From contig WSYG01000004.1 of the NCBI GenBank assembly GCA_009773735.1, positions 1,932-65,931 of the forward strand: DNA of 64,000 bases. The letters are read 5' to 3'. The translations under genes and the position numbers were made by a program. The stretch is from Erysipelotrichaceae bacterium. Its GTDB lineage: Bacteria > Bacillota_I > Bacilli_A > Erysipelotrichales > Erysipelotrichaceae. The notes under the pieces are model-generated. The model had not been told where the DNA came from and made no database searches. It saw nothing but the letters and a program-made list of their open reading frames with translations. Shown in pieces: positions 18,834-27,613 of this stretch. Each line of letters starts with the position of its first letter. The stretch's first letter is position 1.

Positions 18834-18862
18834 ATTTTAGCGTTTGAACAGAAATTTGTCAA
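18834..18862 (-). promoter_or_regulatory. sigma-A promoter driving the czcD leader
   Basis: TTGACA (18862-18857), a 17-nt spacer, then TAAAAT (18839-18834). The predicted start falls at the 5' end of the proposed P1 helix. Confidence 0.6.
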
Positions 18863-18882
18863 ATGAGTAATGAATATCACGT

Positions 18883-19821
18883 TTATTCAATCATTCCCAG
18901 TAAGATTTCATTGAAATCAGTTTCGGTTTCGTGTGGTGTATGTCCAGCTTCATCAAACACATAAGTTTCAGAAACTTCAACTGTATCTTCAATGATCTGC
19001 ATGTTTTCAACAGGGACCCATGTATCTTTTTTACCCCATATCAAATTGATCTTAAGATTGAGATTTTTTACTTCTTCAATGGTCACATTCTTTGATGTCT
19101 TTAAGAATTGAAGTAGGCCATCGATGGTTCCTTTGGTTAATACTGGTTTTAGATATCCGTCCACTGCTTCTTGAGGAACCTCTTTTTGATACACATCCTT
19201 CAATAAATTCTTAAAGTTCTTCTCATTCAACATAAAATAACGCAATGCTACTTTTAACCATGCCCCAACAGGTGTTCCCATTAAAAAAGCAGTAGAGTTA
19301 GATCCTTGATTAACAGCCCCTGCAATCATTGTGATGTCGATGATCTTGGATTGATTTTGTAAAGCCATCGCCAAAGTCGTAGATGCCCCCATGGAGTGAC
19401 CCACAAGATGCCAATTACTTTGACTGCTATGTTGAATATCAAAATCATCCAACATTTCCCACAAGAATTTCGCAAAATTCTCTTGAGTGTACTTTAAATG
19501 AGAGGGTTTATCACTATAACCAAAACCAGGCAAATCAACTGCGATCACGGTATACCCTTGTTCACTCAAAAATGACATGTTATTTCGATAAGAAAATGTT
19601 GAAGCCATTAATCCATGAATCAATAAGATCTTTCCTTTTTCTTCTCCTTGGGCATATGTTACTTGGGCATGAAGTCTTAATCCACTTTCAGTCGTAAAAA
19701 ATACCGAATTCTCATAAGGTTTTTCTGGTGCTTTCGTTGAATAATCCGTAGGAATAAAATACGGAATGATCAACAAGAATATAACGATAATAAGTAAGCC
19801 TTTTAGTATTTTCTTGATCAT
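18883..19821 (-). CDS. membrane-anchored alpha/beta hydrolase
   Basis: N-terminal TM helix (LLIIVIFLLIIPYFI), HGLMAS oxyanion-type block, nucleophile elbow GHSMGA, and C-terminal DEAGHTPH. Confidence 0.8.
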   Translation of the reverse strand: MIKKILKGLLIIVIFLLIIPYFIPTDYSTKAPEKPYENSVFFTTESGLRLHAQVTYAQGEEKGKILLIHGLMASTFSYRNNMSFLSEQGYTVIAVDLPGFGYSDKPSHLKYTQENFAKFLWEMLDDFDIQHSSQSNWHLVGHSMGASTTLAMALQNQSKIIDITMIAGAVNQGSNSTAFLMGTPVGAWLKVALRYFMLNEKNFKNLLKDVYQKEVPQEAVDGYLKPVLTKGTIDGLLQFLKTSKNVTIEEVKNLNLKINLIWGKKDTWVPVENMQIIEDTVEVSETYVFDEAGHTPHETETDFNEILLGMIE

Positions 19822-19887
19822 GCATCTTATTTATACCTTAAGAGCAATCTAAAATCAAAACGAACGCTTTTTAGGTATAATATTCTC

Positions 19888-20838
19888 ATGAAGAACACAC
19901 TTTCTAAAATCAAACATCCATTTCAACTTCAAGGATCATTAAATAAACCCAATTATTTCGAAGGCTGGTATTTTAAACAAGTTCATCTTGAGCAAGATAA
20001 AACCATCAGCTTCATTTTCGGGATCAGTACTGGTAAACAAGATCCACACAGCTTTGTCCAAGTCATCCAATCAAATCCTTTATCCACAGCTTATTTTAAA
20101 TTCCCTCTAGATGCGTTTAAAGTCGATGGGCAAGCGTTTGTTTTAGATAAGAATCGTTTTAGTTTAAATGAACTAGAACTGCACTTACACCAAGAAGGTT
20201 TGATCATCGATGGGATTCTTTATTATACAGATCATCAACTCTTAGAACACCAAATCATGATGCCCAACATCATGGGTCCTTTTGCATATATCCCCAATAT
20301 GGAATGTAATCATGGGGTCATCAGTATGAATCATCACGTGAATGGAACCCTAAACATCAATCATCATCTTTATACCTTTAAACAAGAACGAGGTTATATC
20401 GAAAAAGATTGGGGTAGATCTTTTCCTAAAAAGTACATCTGGATCCAAGGCAATCATTTTAAAGATCCCAAAACCAGTTTTATGGCCAGTATTGCCGACA
20501 TCCCTTTCTTAGGTCTCTCTTTTGAAGGGCTGATTTGTCAGTTGGATACACAACACAAACGTTATCGCTTTGCGACCTATACCTTCTCCAAGATGACTTC
20601 TTTAAGAAAAACAGAAGATGGTTTTGAATTGGAAATTAAGAAAGGGTCGTCAACTTTAAAAGTGACAGCCCATATCCCAGACAGTGGTGAGCTCAGATCT
20701 CCTCACTTGGGCAGTATGATCAAAACCATCAAAGAAGGACTTGGGGGAAGTATCGACCTTATCTTGACTCAAAAAGGTCAACCTGACCTTCTTCTCACTT
20801 CTGATCATTGTGGAATTGAGATCGAAGGTTATCTTTAA
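19888..20838 (+). CDS. tocopherol-cyclase-like family protein
   Basis: Motifs PNYFEGWYFKQV and GYIEKDWGRSFPKKYIWIQGNHF resemble the FFEGWYFR and EKDWG.SFP..W.W.Q.N blocks of VTE1-type cyclases. Confidence 0.6.
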   Translation: MKNTLSKIKHPFQLQGSLNKPNYFEGWYFKQVHLEQDKTISFIFGISTGKQDPHSFVQVIQSNPLSTAYFKFPLDAFKVDGQAFVLDKNRFSLNELELHLHQEGLIIDGILYYTDHQLLEHQIMMPNIMGPFAYIPNMECNHGVISMNHHVNGTLNINHHLYTFKQERGYIEKDWGRSFPKKYIWIQGNHFKDPKTSFMASIADIPFLGLSFEGLICQLDTQHKRYRFATYTFSKMTSLRKTEDGFELEIKKGSSTLKVTAHIPDSGELRSPHLGSMIKTIKEGLGGSIDLILTQKGQPDLLLTSDHCGIEIEGYL

Positions 20839-20880
20839 TCGTTTAGATTAGTGTTTTTAAGATACTAGAAAGGGGATCTC

Positions 20881-21531
20881 ATGAACAATCTGCTTGGCAT
20901 CGTTTTATCCTTTGTGTTTGTATTCATGGCGATTGGGATCTCTACTGTTTTAAATAAAAAATCGATTCTTGATGATGAAGGAAGTCGTAAATTTATTCAC
21001 ATCGCCGTTAGTAATTGGTGGATCTTAGCGATGCTGACTTTTGATGATCCGCTTTGGGCTAGTTTTGTTCCTTTGATGTTTGTTTTCATCAACTACATTT
21101 CGATGAAGCAACGTGTTTTTACAGCCATGGAACGTAAATCTGGTAAACAAGAATGGGGAACTGTTTATTATGCGATCTCCTTGTTGATTTTGGCTTATGT
21201 GACATTTGCGACTGATATTGCGTATATCGGAGGCATTGGCATCTTGATTATGGGCTATGGAGATGGTTTTGCGGCTCTAATTGGGACAAAGTATGGTAAA
21301 CATCGCTTGTGGTTTGGGAAAAGCATTGAAGGGGCCAGTATTGTGTTAGGTTTTGGGATCTTAATCGCAGGGATATTCTTTTATCTCTATTCACCAAATT
21401 TGTGGCTCATGAAAAGTATTATTGTAGGTATTGTAGCCATGGTTGTGGAGCTTTTTTCACCCAATGGATTTGATAATCTGAGTCTTCCTTTAACAGCAAG
21501 CTTGGTCAGCTTTCTTTTGACCATTTTATGA
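20881..21531 (+). CDS. polyprenol/phytol kinase-like membrane protein (CTP-dependent dolichol kinase / VTE5 superfamily)
   Basis: 216-aa polytopic protein with GYGDGFAALIGTKYGKHRL, the GDG.A..(I/V)G..(F/Y)GK block of this superfamily. Confidence 0.6.
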   Translation: MNNLLGIVLSFVFVFMAIGISTVLNKKSILDDEGSRKFIHIAVSNWWILAMLTFDDPLWASFVPLMFVFINYISMKQRVFTAMERKSGKQEWGTVYYAISLLILAYVTFATDIAYIGGIGILIMGYGDGFAALIGTKYGKHRLWFGKSIEGASIVLGFGILIAGIFFYLYSPNLWLMKSIIVGIVAMVVELFSPNGFDNLSLPLTASLVSFLLTIL

Positions 21532-22337
21532 ACTTTACACAACTAGTCATCGGATTTCTTTTAAGTTTAGGAGTAGCCTTTATCGCCTACAAGAAGGAAA
21601 AACTGACAATCAGTGGTCTTTTTAGCGCAATCCTATTAGGAACGATCGTTTATGGCTTGGGATCTTGGATCTTCTATGTTTGGTTGATGATTTTCTTTAT
21701 GTCATCCCTGTTGATTCAAAAGATTGTTGTTGTATTGTTGCCACGAAAACAAACTGAGAAACATAGTGCTAGAAACTGGATACAGGTTTTCGCAAATGGT
21801 GGACTTCTAGGACTTATCAGCATCATTTACTTTTTCTATCCAACAGATTTGATTGTCTTTGCGACCGCTTTATCTATGGCTGCTTCCACATCAGATACAT
21901 GGGCTTCTGAAATCGGTTCATTGAGCACAGATATTCCATATGGATTGATCAGTCGCAAAAGTATAACCAAAGGATTGTCGGGTGGTGTTACGAGACTAGG
22001 TTTATGGGCTTCATTTTGGGGCAGTACTTTTATTTCATTTACTTATTTAATCTTGGTAACGATGATGAGAGGAGTTCAATTAAACTTACTGTACATGGCG
22101 CTACTGTGTTGTTTGGGAGGATTTATGGGTTCGATTGTTGATAGTATTTTAGGTGAACTTGTACAAGCAAAATATCTTGATGATCATTTAGAAGTCGTTG
22201 AATCAAAACATAACCATCAAGAAAAACTGATCCATGGCTACTCTTGGTTGGATAATAATATGGTCAATCTGTTAAGCAATTTGATTGTTGTTTTACTATT
22301 TAGTGCACTCTTGTCTGTGACGGGTTGGATTAAATGA
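21528..22337 (+). CDS. DUF92 (TMEM19 / VTE6-like) integral membrane protein
   Basis: 269-aa polytopic protein with ASTSDTWASEIGSLS and GGVTRLG blocks typical of DUF92. The start overlaps the upstream stop (ATGA). Confidence 0.6.
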   Translation: MNFTQLVIGFLLSLGVAFIAYKKEKLTISGLFSAILLGTIVYGLGSWIFYVWLMIFFMSSLLIQKIVVVLLPRKQTEKHSARNWIQVFANGGLLGLISIIYFFYPTDLIVFATALSMAASTSDTWASEIGSLSTDIPYGLISRKSITKGLSGGVTRLGLWASFWGSTFISFTYLILVTMMRGVQLNLLYMALLCCLGGFMGSIVDSILGELVQAKYLDDHLEVVESKHNHQEKLIHGYSWLDNNMVNLLSNLIVVLLFSALLSVTGWIK

Positions 22338-22729
22338 TGAATGAAAACCGCATTACACACTTAGAAAAACAGTGGGCTGTTTTTAAATACGAAGTGTTGG
22401 AGAAAGATCCAGCAACTTATCAAAAAATTCGTACATTACTTAAAAACAAAACAGATCCTGATGAATCCATGTTTCTTGAACTCATTCAACATGCGAAACA
22501 ACAACCCATTCATAAAGGTCATCAACAAACAGCTCTTGAGCATGTGTGGGGTTACTTTAAACGTATCTGTACTCCACAAGAAAAGACAAAGTTCGAGAAT
22601 GAACTTCGTCTTTGGCTAAATAATGACATTGAACTCATAGAAATCAAACAATCTTTATATTCACTAGCCCTTAAATATCAAGTGACTTATTTGCTTGAGT
22701 CTTCTTATTTTGATCAGGTTAAATTCTAA
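22334..22729 (+). CDS. DUF1722 (YbgA-like) protein
   Basis: 131 aa: WAVFKYEVLEKDPATYQKI...HQQTALEHVWGYFKR...EK..F...YLLESSYF matches the YbgA/DUF1722 pattern. The start overlaps the upstream stop. Confidence 0.55.
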   Translation: MMNENRITHLEKQWAVFKYEVLEKDPATYQKIRTLLKNKTDPDESMFLELIQHAKQQPIHKGHQQTALEHVWGYFKRICTPQEKTKFENELRLWLNNDIELIEIKQSLYSLALKYQVTYLLESSYFDQVKF

Positions 22730-23571
22730 TTGTTCTCAATGATGTTTCTCAGATAATCATTCGCAAATACAAGATCATCTTTCCACGTTGGACTTCCGAT
22801 ATACCAGAATTCACCCACAAACAAGGATACGCCTTGTTTTTTAAGTTCACGTAAAGCTTCTTTGTAGTTTGTATCTCCTGTAGAAAACGGAATATCACGG
22901 TAATGGCCTTCGATAATTTCTTTTAAATGAGCTGCGACGATATGTCCTCTACCAATGACTAAATCATCTTCTACACTTGTTTTTGAGATGCGTGATGCGT
23001 TGGTTAAGTTACCAACATCAGGATACACTTGAAGATATGGAGAGTTGTTTTGATCGACATACTTCATGGCTTTCTTAACGGTATCCATAAACAATGTTTC
23101 CATGGTTTCAAAAGCTAAAATTACACCATATTTTGAAGCCAACGCAACACATTTTTTTAGATTCTTTTCAAAACTGAGTTGGGTAGATTCATCATGCTGT
23201 TCATAATAAACATCATAACCTGCCAATTGGATATAACGTACGCCTATCTTTACAGCCAGAATACACGCTTTCTCCATGATTTCTAAAGCTTTGACTTGAA
23301 TACTTTCATCATGCGATCCGATGGGATATTTACGATGACCACTTAAACACAAAGAAACGATTGGAATCCCTGTTTTATGGATGGCAGCTTGTATTTCTTC
23401 AACGATATGTTCATCATCTAATCTTGATAGTTTATCTTGTGTTTCATCAATACTAATTTCCAGATAATCAAAACCACTTGCCTTAGCAGCACCTAGTTTT
23501 TCTTCCCAACTTAAAATGGAAGGCAAGGCTTTTTCATAAAGACCCAACTGATACGACTTATTTTTGTCCAT
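22726..23571 (-). CDS. ulaE: L-ribulose-5-phosphate 3-epimerase (L-xylulose-5-P 3-epimerase)
   Basis: [12 protein letters not shown]-terminus as in E. coli UlaE/SgbU, a TIM-barrel xylose-isomerase-like fold, and [11 protein letters not shown]. The track ORF starts at 23589. The ATG at 23571 ([17 protein letters not shown]) fits homologues better. Confidence 0.8.
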   Translation of the reverse strand: MDKNKSYQLGLYEKALPSILSWEEKLGAAKASGFDYLEISIDETQDKLSRLDDEHIVEEIQAAIHKTGIPIVSLCLSGHRKYPIGSHDESIQVKALEIMEKACILAVKIGVRYIQLAGYDVYYEQHDESTQLSFEKNLKKCVALASKYGVILAFETMETLFMDTVKKAMKYVDQNNSPYLQVYPDVGNLTNASRISKTSVEDDLVIGRGHIVAAHLKEIIEGHYRDIPFSTGDTNYKEALRELKKQGVSLFVGEFWYIGSPTWKDDLVFANDYLRNIIENN

Positions 23572-24253
23572 AATAGGCATTCTTTCCATGTTTTCTTAGA
23601 AAGTGCTTGTCGATCAGGACTTGTTGCATAGGTGTGATCTCAGGATTCATCATTTGGACATGCCAAGCCATCATGGCGACTTCTTCCATAACGACTGCTT
23701 GATGAACAGCATCAAGTGCAGATTTTCCCCAAGTGAATGGACCATGGCTTGCGACAACGACACCACTTACAAAATTGGGATCGATGTTTTCTTTTTTGAA
23801 AGTTTCTACGATAACGATTCCTGTATTCAGTTCATAATTGCCTTCAATTTCCTGGGATGTCATCAGTCTTGTGCAAGGAATTTCACCATAGAAATAATCT
23901 CCATGAGTAGTCCCATAAGTAGGTATCCCACGTTTGGCTTGAGCATAAATGGTTGCCCAACGAGAATGGGTATGTACGACACCTTTGATGTCTGGGAAAT
24001 TACGATACAGTTCTAGATGTGTGTCTGTATCACTGCTGGGTTTATAATGGCCTTCTACGACCTTTCCAGACAAGTCGACCAGTACGATATCCTCTACCTT
24101 TAATGCATCATATTCAACCCCAGATGGCTTAATGGCGATGATGCCTGTTTCTCGATCGATGGCTGATACATTGCCCCATGTAAAAACTACCAATCCCGAT
24201 TTAGGTAAAAGTAAGTTGGCTTCTAAGACTTCTTGTTTAAGTTTTTCTAGCAT
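23558..24253 (-). CDS. ulaF: L-ribulose-5-phosphate 4-epimerase (class II aldolase fold)
   Basis: 231 aa: [35 protein letters not shown]. AraD/UlaF-type. Confidence 0.85.
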   Translation of the reverse strand: MLEKLKQEVLEANLLLPKSGLVVFTWGNVSAIDRETGIIAIKPSGVEYDALKVEDIVLVDLSGKVVEGHYKPSSDTDTHLELYRNFPDIKGVVHTHSRWATIYAQAKRGIPTYGTTHGDYFYGEIPCTRLMTSQEIEGNYELNTGIVIVETFKKENIDPNFVSGVVVASHGPFTWGKSALDAVHQAVVMEEVAMMAWHVQMMNPEITPMQQVLIDKHFLRKHGKNAYYGQK

Positions 24254-24261
24254 CTTTTCTC

Positions 24262-25278
24262 CTAGTCTGTGATCACGTAGACCGCAGCTTCATTTTGGGT
24301 ATGATTACTGGAATGAATCAAATCACAATCCTCTAAATTAACCACATTAAGATTGGCTGGTCCTACACCTTTATCGATCAGGGTTGTTTCAAATTTTCCG
24401 TTGATGAACTGAACCATGAATAGATCGGAGGCTTCACGGCGAACGCCACCTACAAAACTATTGATCCCTTTTATTTTTGCGCCAACCAAGGTATGCGCAA
24501 AATCAATCACATAGGGATAACTGTACACATCTTTGTAAACCCCATTGATCTTCTTATAGATCTTGATCACATTTCCGTGAAATGGCTCAATTGTCATCAA
24601 TTCTTCTTGACCATCATTGTCGATATCGAGGACCGCAATTTCTCCGACAGGTTTATTGAGTATCTGTTCAACTTTCCAGTTTCCTAAATGATCCGGAACT
24701 GTTACTTTAAAAATACCTTGATCAGATGTAAAATAACCACCATCATTTTGCAGACTGCGGGTATATCCATGATTGCGGAACATTCCTTCTGCGATTACTT
24801 TTAAATGCAGTTCTTGATTAAGATCTTGCGGCAGTTCTGCAACATAAATCTTTCCTGCTTTACTCCAGTCTTCTTTATGTTCTTTGCTTTCCGCAATGGT
24901 TGCTCCGATAAAGTAAACTTTCCCGTTTGATTCATAAAGATCAAACCGATGTAGATAAGGCAAATGTAAGATGTCTTTTAATATAAACCCATTATGTTTA
25001 TCATAAGTGACCCAAGTTAAATGAGCACCACTCGGGGTTTCTTTTAAATAGAATCCATTGACTGCCAAAAACTGATTCTTGCGTCCAGGGAGCGGAATCA
25101 TCGACATGGTTCCTCCGCCTTTTTCCCAAACTACTTTTTTATCTTTAAAATCCTTACCGCTATAAGCAAAGCAAGGATAATCTTTTTCTTCGCTGGCATA
25201 AAAGAGATGAAGTTGATCGTCTAAAGTGATGGCTGAAGTCGCATAACAGCGATACATCTCATCTTGATAGAAAAACAA
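24262..25278 (-). CDS. hypothetical protein (338 aa, possibly beta-propeller/FG-GAP-like) embedded in the ula operon
   Basis: Long ORF between ulaB and ulaF. It has a DIDNDGQEE calcium-loop-like motif and no family I recognise. The annotated start is a TTG (25278-25276) inside a 13-bp hairpin. The next in-frame ATG is at codon 8. Confidence 0.5.
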   Translation of the reverse strand: MFFYQDEMYRCYATSAITLDDQLHLFYASEEKDYPCFAYSGKDFKDKKVVWEKGGGTMSMIPLPGRKNQFLAVNGFYLKETPSGAHLTWVTYDKHNGFILKDILHLPYLHRFDLYESNGKVYFIGATIAESKEHKEDWSKAGKIYVAELPQDLNQELHLKVIAEGMFRNHGYTRSLQNDGGYFTSDQGIFKVTVPDHLGNWKVEQILNKPVGEIAVLDIDNDGQEELMTIEPFHGNVIKIYKKINGVYKDVYSYPYVIDFAHTLVGAKIKGINSFVGGVRREASDLFMVQFINGKFETTLIDKGVGPANLNVVNLEDCDLIHSSNHTQNEAAVYVITD

Positions 25279-25305
25279 ATACCGGGTTTTAGCCCGGTAT
25301 TTGTT
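25270..25305 (-). terminator. strong hairpin with U-tract between ulaB and the 338-aa ORF (internal attenuator/terminator)
   Basis: Perfect 13-bp stem (25274-25286 / 25293-25305) with a 6-nt loop. On the minus strand the 3' arm ends AUUUGUU and is followed by UUUCU. The arms cover the ulaB stop codon and the TTG start of the next ORF. Confidence 0.55.
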
Positions 25306-25606
25306 ACTTTTTAAACTTTTCTAGAAGTCCGCTGGCTAAGATTTTCTCTTTGGCTTCCGCATCGGAAAGAACATTTCTCAAACCAATGATGATAACCCCT
25401 TTAGCTTCAGCGTCTTTAAACATCGAAACGAAATTTAACGGACAGAAGACAGCATCGTAGGTTGTGGCAGAACTCTTGCCTTCCGAAATGGAACAGTGAT
25501 GGAGTTTGGTGATGTGGACATTCAAATCCTTGAAGGCTTTCTCAACTCTCATCTTCATCATTAAACTTGTTCCGGCACCGTTGGCACAGGATACTAACAC
25601 TTTCAT
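25304..25606 (-). CDS. ulaB: PTS ascorbate-family EIIB component
   Basis: 100 aa: MKVLVSCANGAGTSLMMK, active-site Cys context typical of SgaB/UlaB. Confidence 0.85.
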   Translation of the reverse strand: MKVLVSCANGAGTSLMMKMRVEKAFKDLNVHITKLHHCSISEGKSSATTYDAVFCPLNFVSMFKDAEAKGVIIIGLRNVLSDAEAKEKILASGLLEKFKK

Positions 25607-25640
25607 ATTTATTCCTCCTTTGTTGTCATTATTATAAGAC

Positions 25641-27113
25641 TTATTTGTTAACTTTTGCTAAGTAAGCAGGATAATCTTCTGTAACCAAGAAGTATGTGTC
25701 TTTATGACGAGCATACTGGATCTGAGGAATAGCCAACATCCCAATTACGATGATGCCAACGCCGACGAATCCAACGATATCCCCGTATGAAGCCATGAAA
25801 TCTAAGAAGAAGGTGAAGGCTGGCCAAACAACTGCCCAGTCCCACATACCCAAGTAACCGCCGTAAGCAGTCAAACCAACGAACGAAGCAATGATTGCAG
25901 ATCCGTAAACTTGGCATAAGCCAGCGATAAACGGCATCAACATAGCTGCTTTAACTCCGCCTTTATTGTTGGCGAATACAGCGATGGTTGCATTGTCAAA
26001 GAAAACAGGAACGAAACCGGCAACGATCAAGACTGGGCTCTTCAACACAATCAAGCTCATGATCGCCAAGAATTGTCCAACAGCACCAAACAAGAATCCA
26101 ATGGTAACGGCATTTGGAGAACCAAATCCGTAAGTTGCAGCAACGTCAATACCAGCAACAGCTCCTGGCAATAAACGTGTTGAGATACCCTGGAAGGATT
26201 GAGTCAATTCGGTAACGAAGGTACGAACGCCCAACTGTAAGATCGCCAAGTAAACAGCGAAATTCAAGGATGTGGTTAAGATATAGAACGGGAAGGAAGC
26301 AGTAGCTCCTAAGAATTTCTTTTCTACCAAGTATGGTTGACCTAAAACCAACAAGATAACTCCGAAGAATAAGGTCATCAAGATCGCAGTAGCAACCATA
26401 TTTTCATTAAAGATCGATAAGAAACCTGGTAATTCAAGATCTTCAAGTCTCTTCTTGTTTTTACCAAACATCTTCTTGGATAATTCTGAGAATAACGCGA
26501 TCCCAAACATTTGTTGGTGAGCGACACAGAAGCCGGCACCTTCAGTTAGATCTTGTGTATATTCAACGGTCAAGTTCGAACCGACTGCCCAGTAAACACC
26601 CAAGACCAAACCCATAATGATAAGGTATTGTGTTTCCTGTAATTCAGGGAAAACGAACAAGATGAGCCAGAACGCGGTAGAAGCTTGTTGTAACTGAACG
26701 TGTCCTGTGGTGAAGATGGAGCGAAGTTTGGTCCATTTCTTCAAAGCAACCAATATGATATTCAAAATGAAAGCGATAAGTAAGAGAACCATGACGGCTG
26801 TGAATGATTTCCCCATTACTTTCAAGCCTTCTGTAACAGCTGCTTGACCGAAGTATGGGTCAATGACAGTCGCTGTCAGATTGAAGCGGTCTTTCAATCC
26901 AACCAAGATTGGACGGAAATTATTGACCAAGCCCCCTGAACCAACCCCCAAAATCAAATAACCAACTGTAGCTTTGATGAATCCAGCCAAAACTTCATAC
27001 CAAGGTTTTCTCAGTAGTACATAGCCCACAACTACAATCAACCCGATAAAGTAAGCCGGAACAGTTAGGATGTTCGTTGCAAAGAACGTCCAACCCTTTA
27101 AAATAATATCCAT
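25641..27113 (-). CDS. ulaA: PTS ascorbate-family EIIC permease
   Basis: 490-aa polytopic protein with a SgaT/UlaA-like N-terminus (FFATNILTVPAYFIGLIVVVGYVLLRKPWYE) and operon context. Confidence 0.85.
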   Translation of the reverse strand: MDIILKGWTFFATNILTVPAYFIGLIVVVGYVLLRKPWYEVLAGFIKATVGYLILGVGSGGLVNNFRPILVGLKDRFNLTATVIDPYFGQAAVTEGLKVMGKSFTAVMVLLLIAFILNIILVALKKWTKLRSIFTTGHVQLQQASTAFWLILFVFPELQETQYLIIMGLVLGVYWAVGSNLTVEYTQDLTEGAGFCVAHQQMFGIALFSELSKKMFGKNKKRLEDLELPGFLSIFNENMVATAILMTLFFGVILLVLGQPYLVEKKFLGATASFPFYILTTSLNFAVYLAILQLGVRTFVTELTQSFQGISTRLLPGAVAGIDVAATYGFGSPNAVTIGFLFGAVGQFLAIMSLIVLKSPVLIVAGFVPVFFDNATIAVFANNKGGVKAAMLMPFIAGLCQVYGSAIIASFVGLTAYGGYLGMWDWAVVWPAFTFFLDFMASYGDIVGFVGVGIIVIGMLAIPQIQYARHKDTYFLVTEDYPAYLAKVNK

Positions 27114-27159
27114 AAGTAATCTCCTTTCCTTTTTTCTTATTTATAAAGAACAAATGTTC

Positions 27160-27612
27160 TTATAAATACTGTTTTTGGATACGCAAGAGATCTTCATCAC
27201 TCTTGGCATCAAGTAATGCACTGACAACATCATCATTCATCAACATTTCAGCTAAAGCCATCATGTTTTCTAAATGTTTGTCATGATTGACTGAAGCTAA
27301 GACAAAGAACAAGCGAGCATCTTTTTCAGGATCATTAAGATCGAAATGCACTGGCTCTTCGACTTTCATAAAACTGATGGCTGTATCATTCACCCCATCT
27401 GCACCCTCAGTCGAATGAGGCATCGCAATGTTTGGGGCGATAACAATATATGGTCCATAATCTTTAACACATTTGATGACCAGATCAACATAAGTTTGAG
27501 TAATGGTGTTGTCGTTCAACAATGGAACACAACTGGCCTGAACGGCAGTTTCCCAATCTGGAAAACTTTGATGATAACAAGTATGCTTCTTTTCAACAAA
27601 GGTTTTGAGCAT
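27160..27612 (-). CDS. ulaC: PTS ascorbate-family EIIA component
   Basis: PTS_EIIA_2-type block IAPNIAMPHSTEG with the phospho-His context. The track ORF starts at 27705 inside ulaG. The ATG at 27612 (MLKTFVEKK) lies 1 nt after the ulaG stop. Confidence 0.8.
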   Translation of the reverse strand: MLKTFVEKKHTCYHQSFPDWETAVQASCVPLLNDNTITQTYVDLVIKCVKDYGPYIVIAPNIAMPHSTEGADGVNDTAISFMKVEEPVHFDLNDPEKDARLFFVLASVNHDKHLENMMALAEMLMNDDVVSALLDAKSDEDLLRIQKQYL

Positions 27613-27613
27613 A

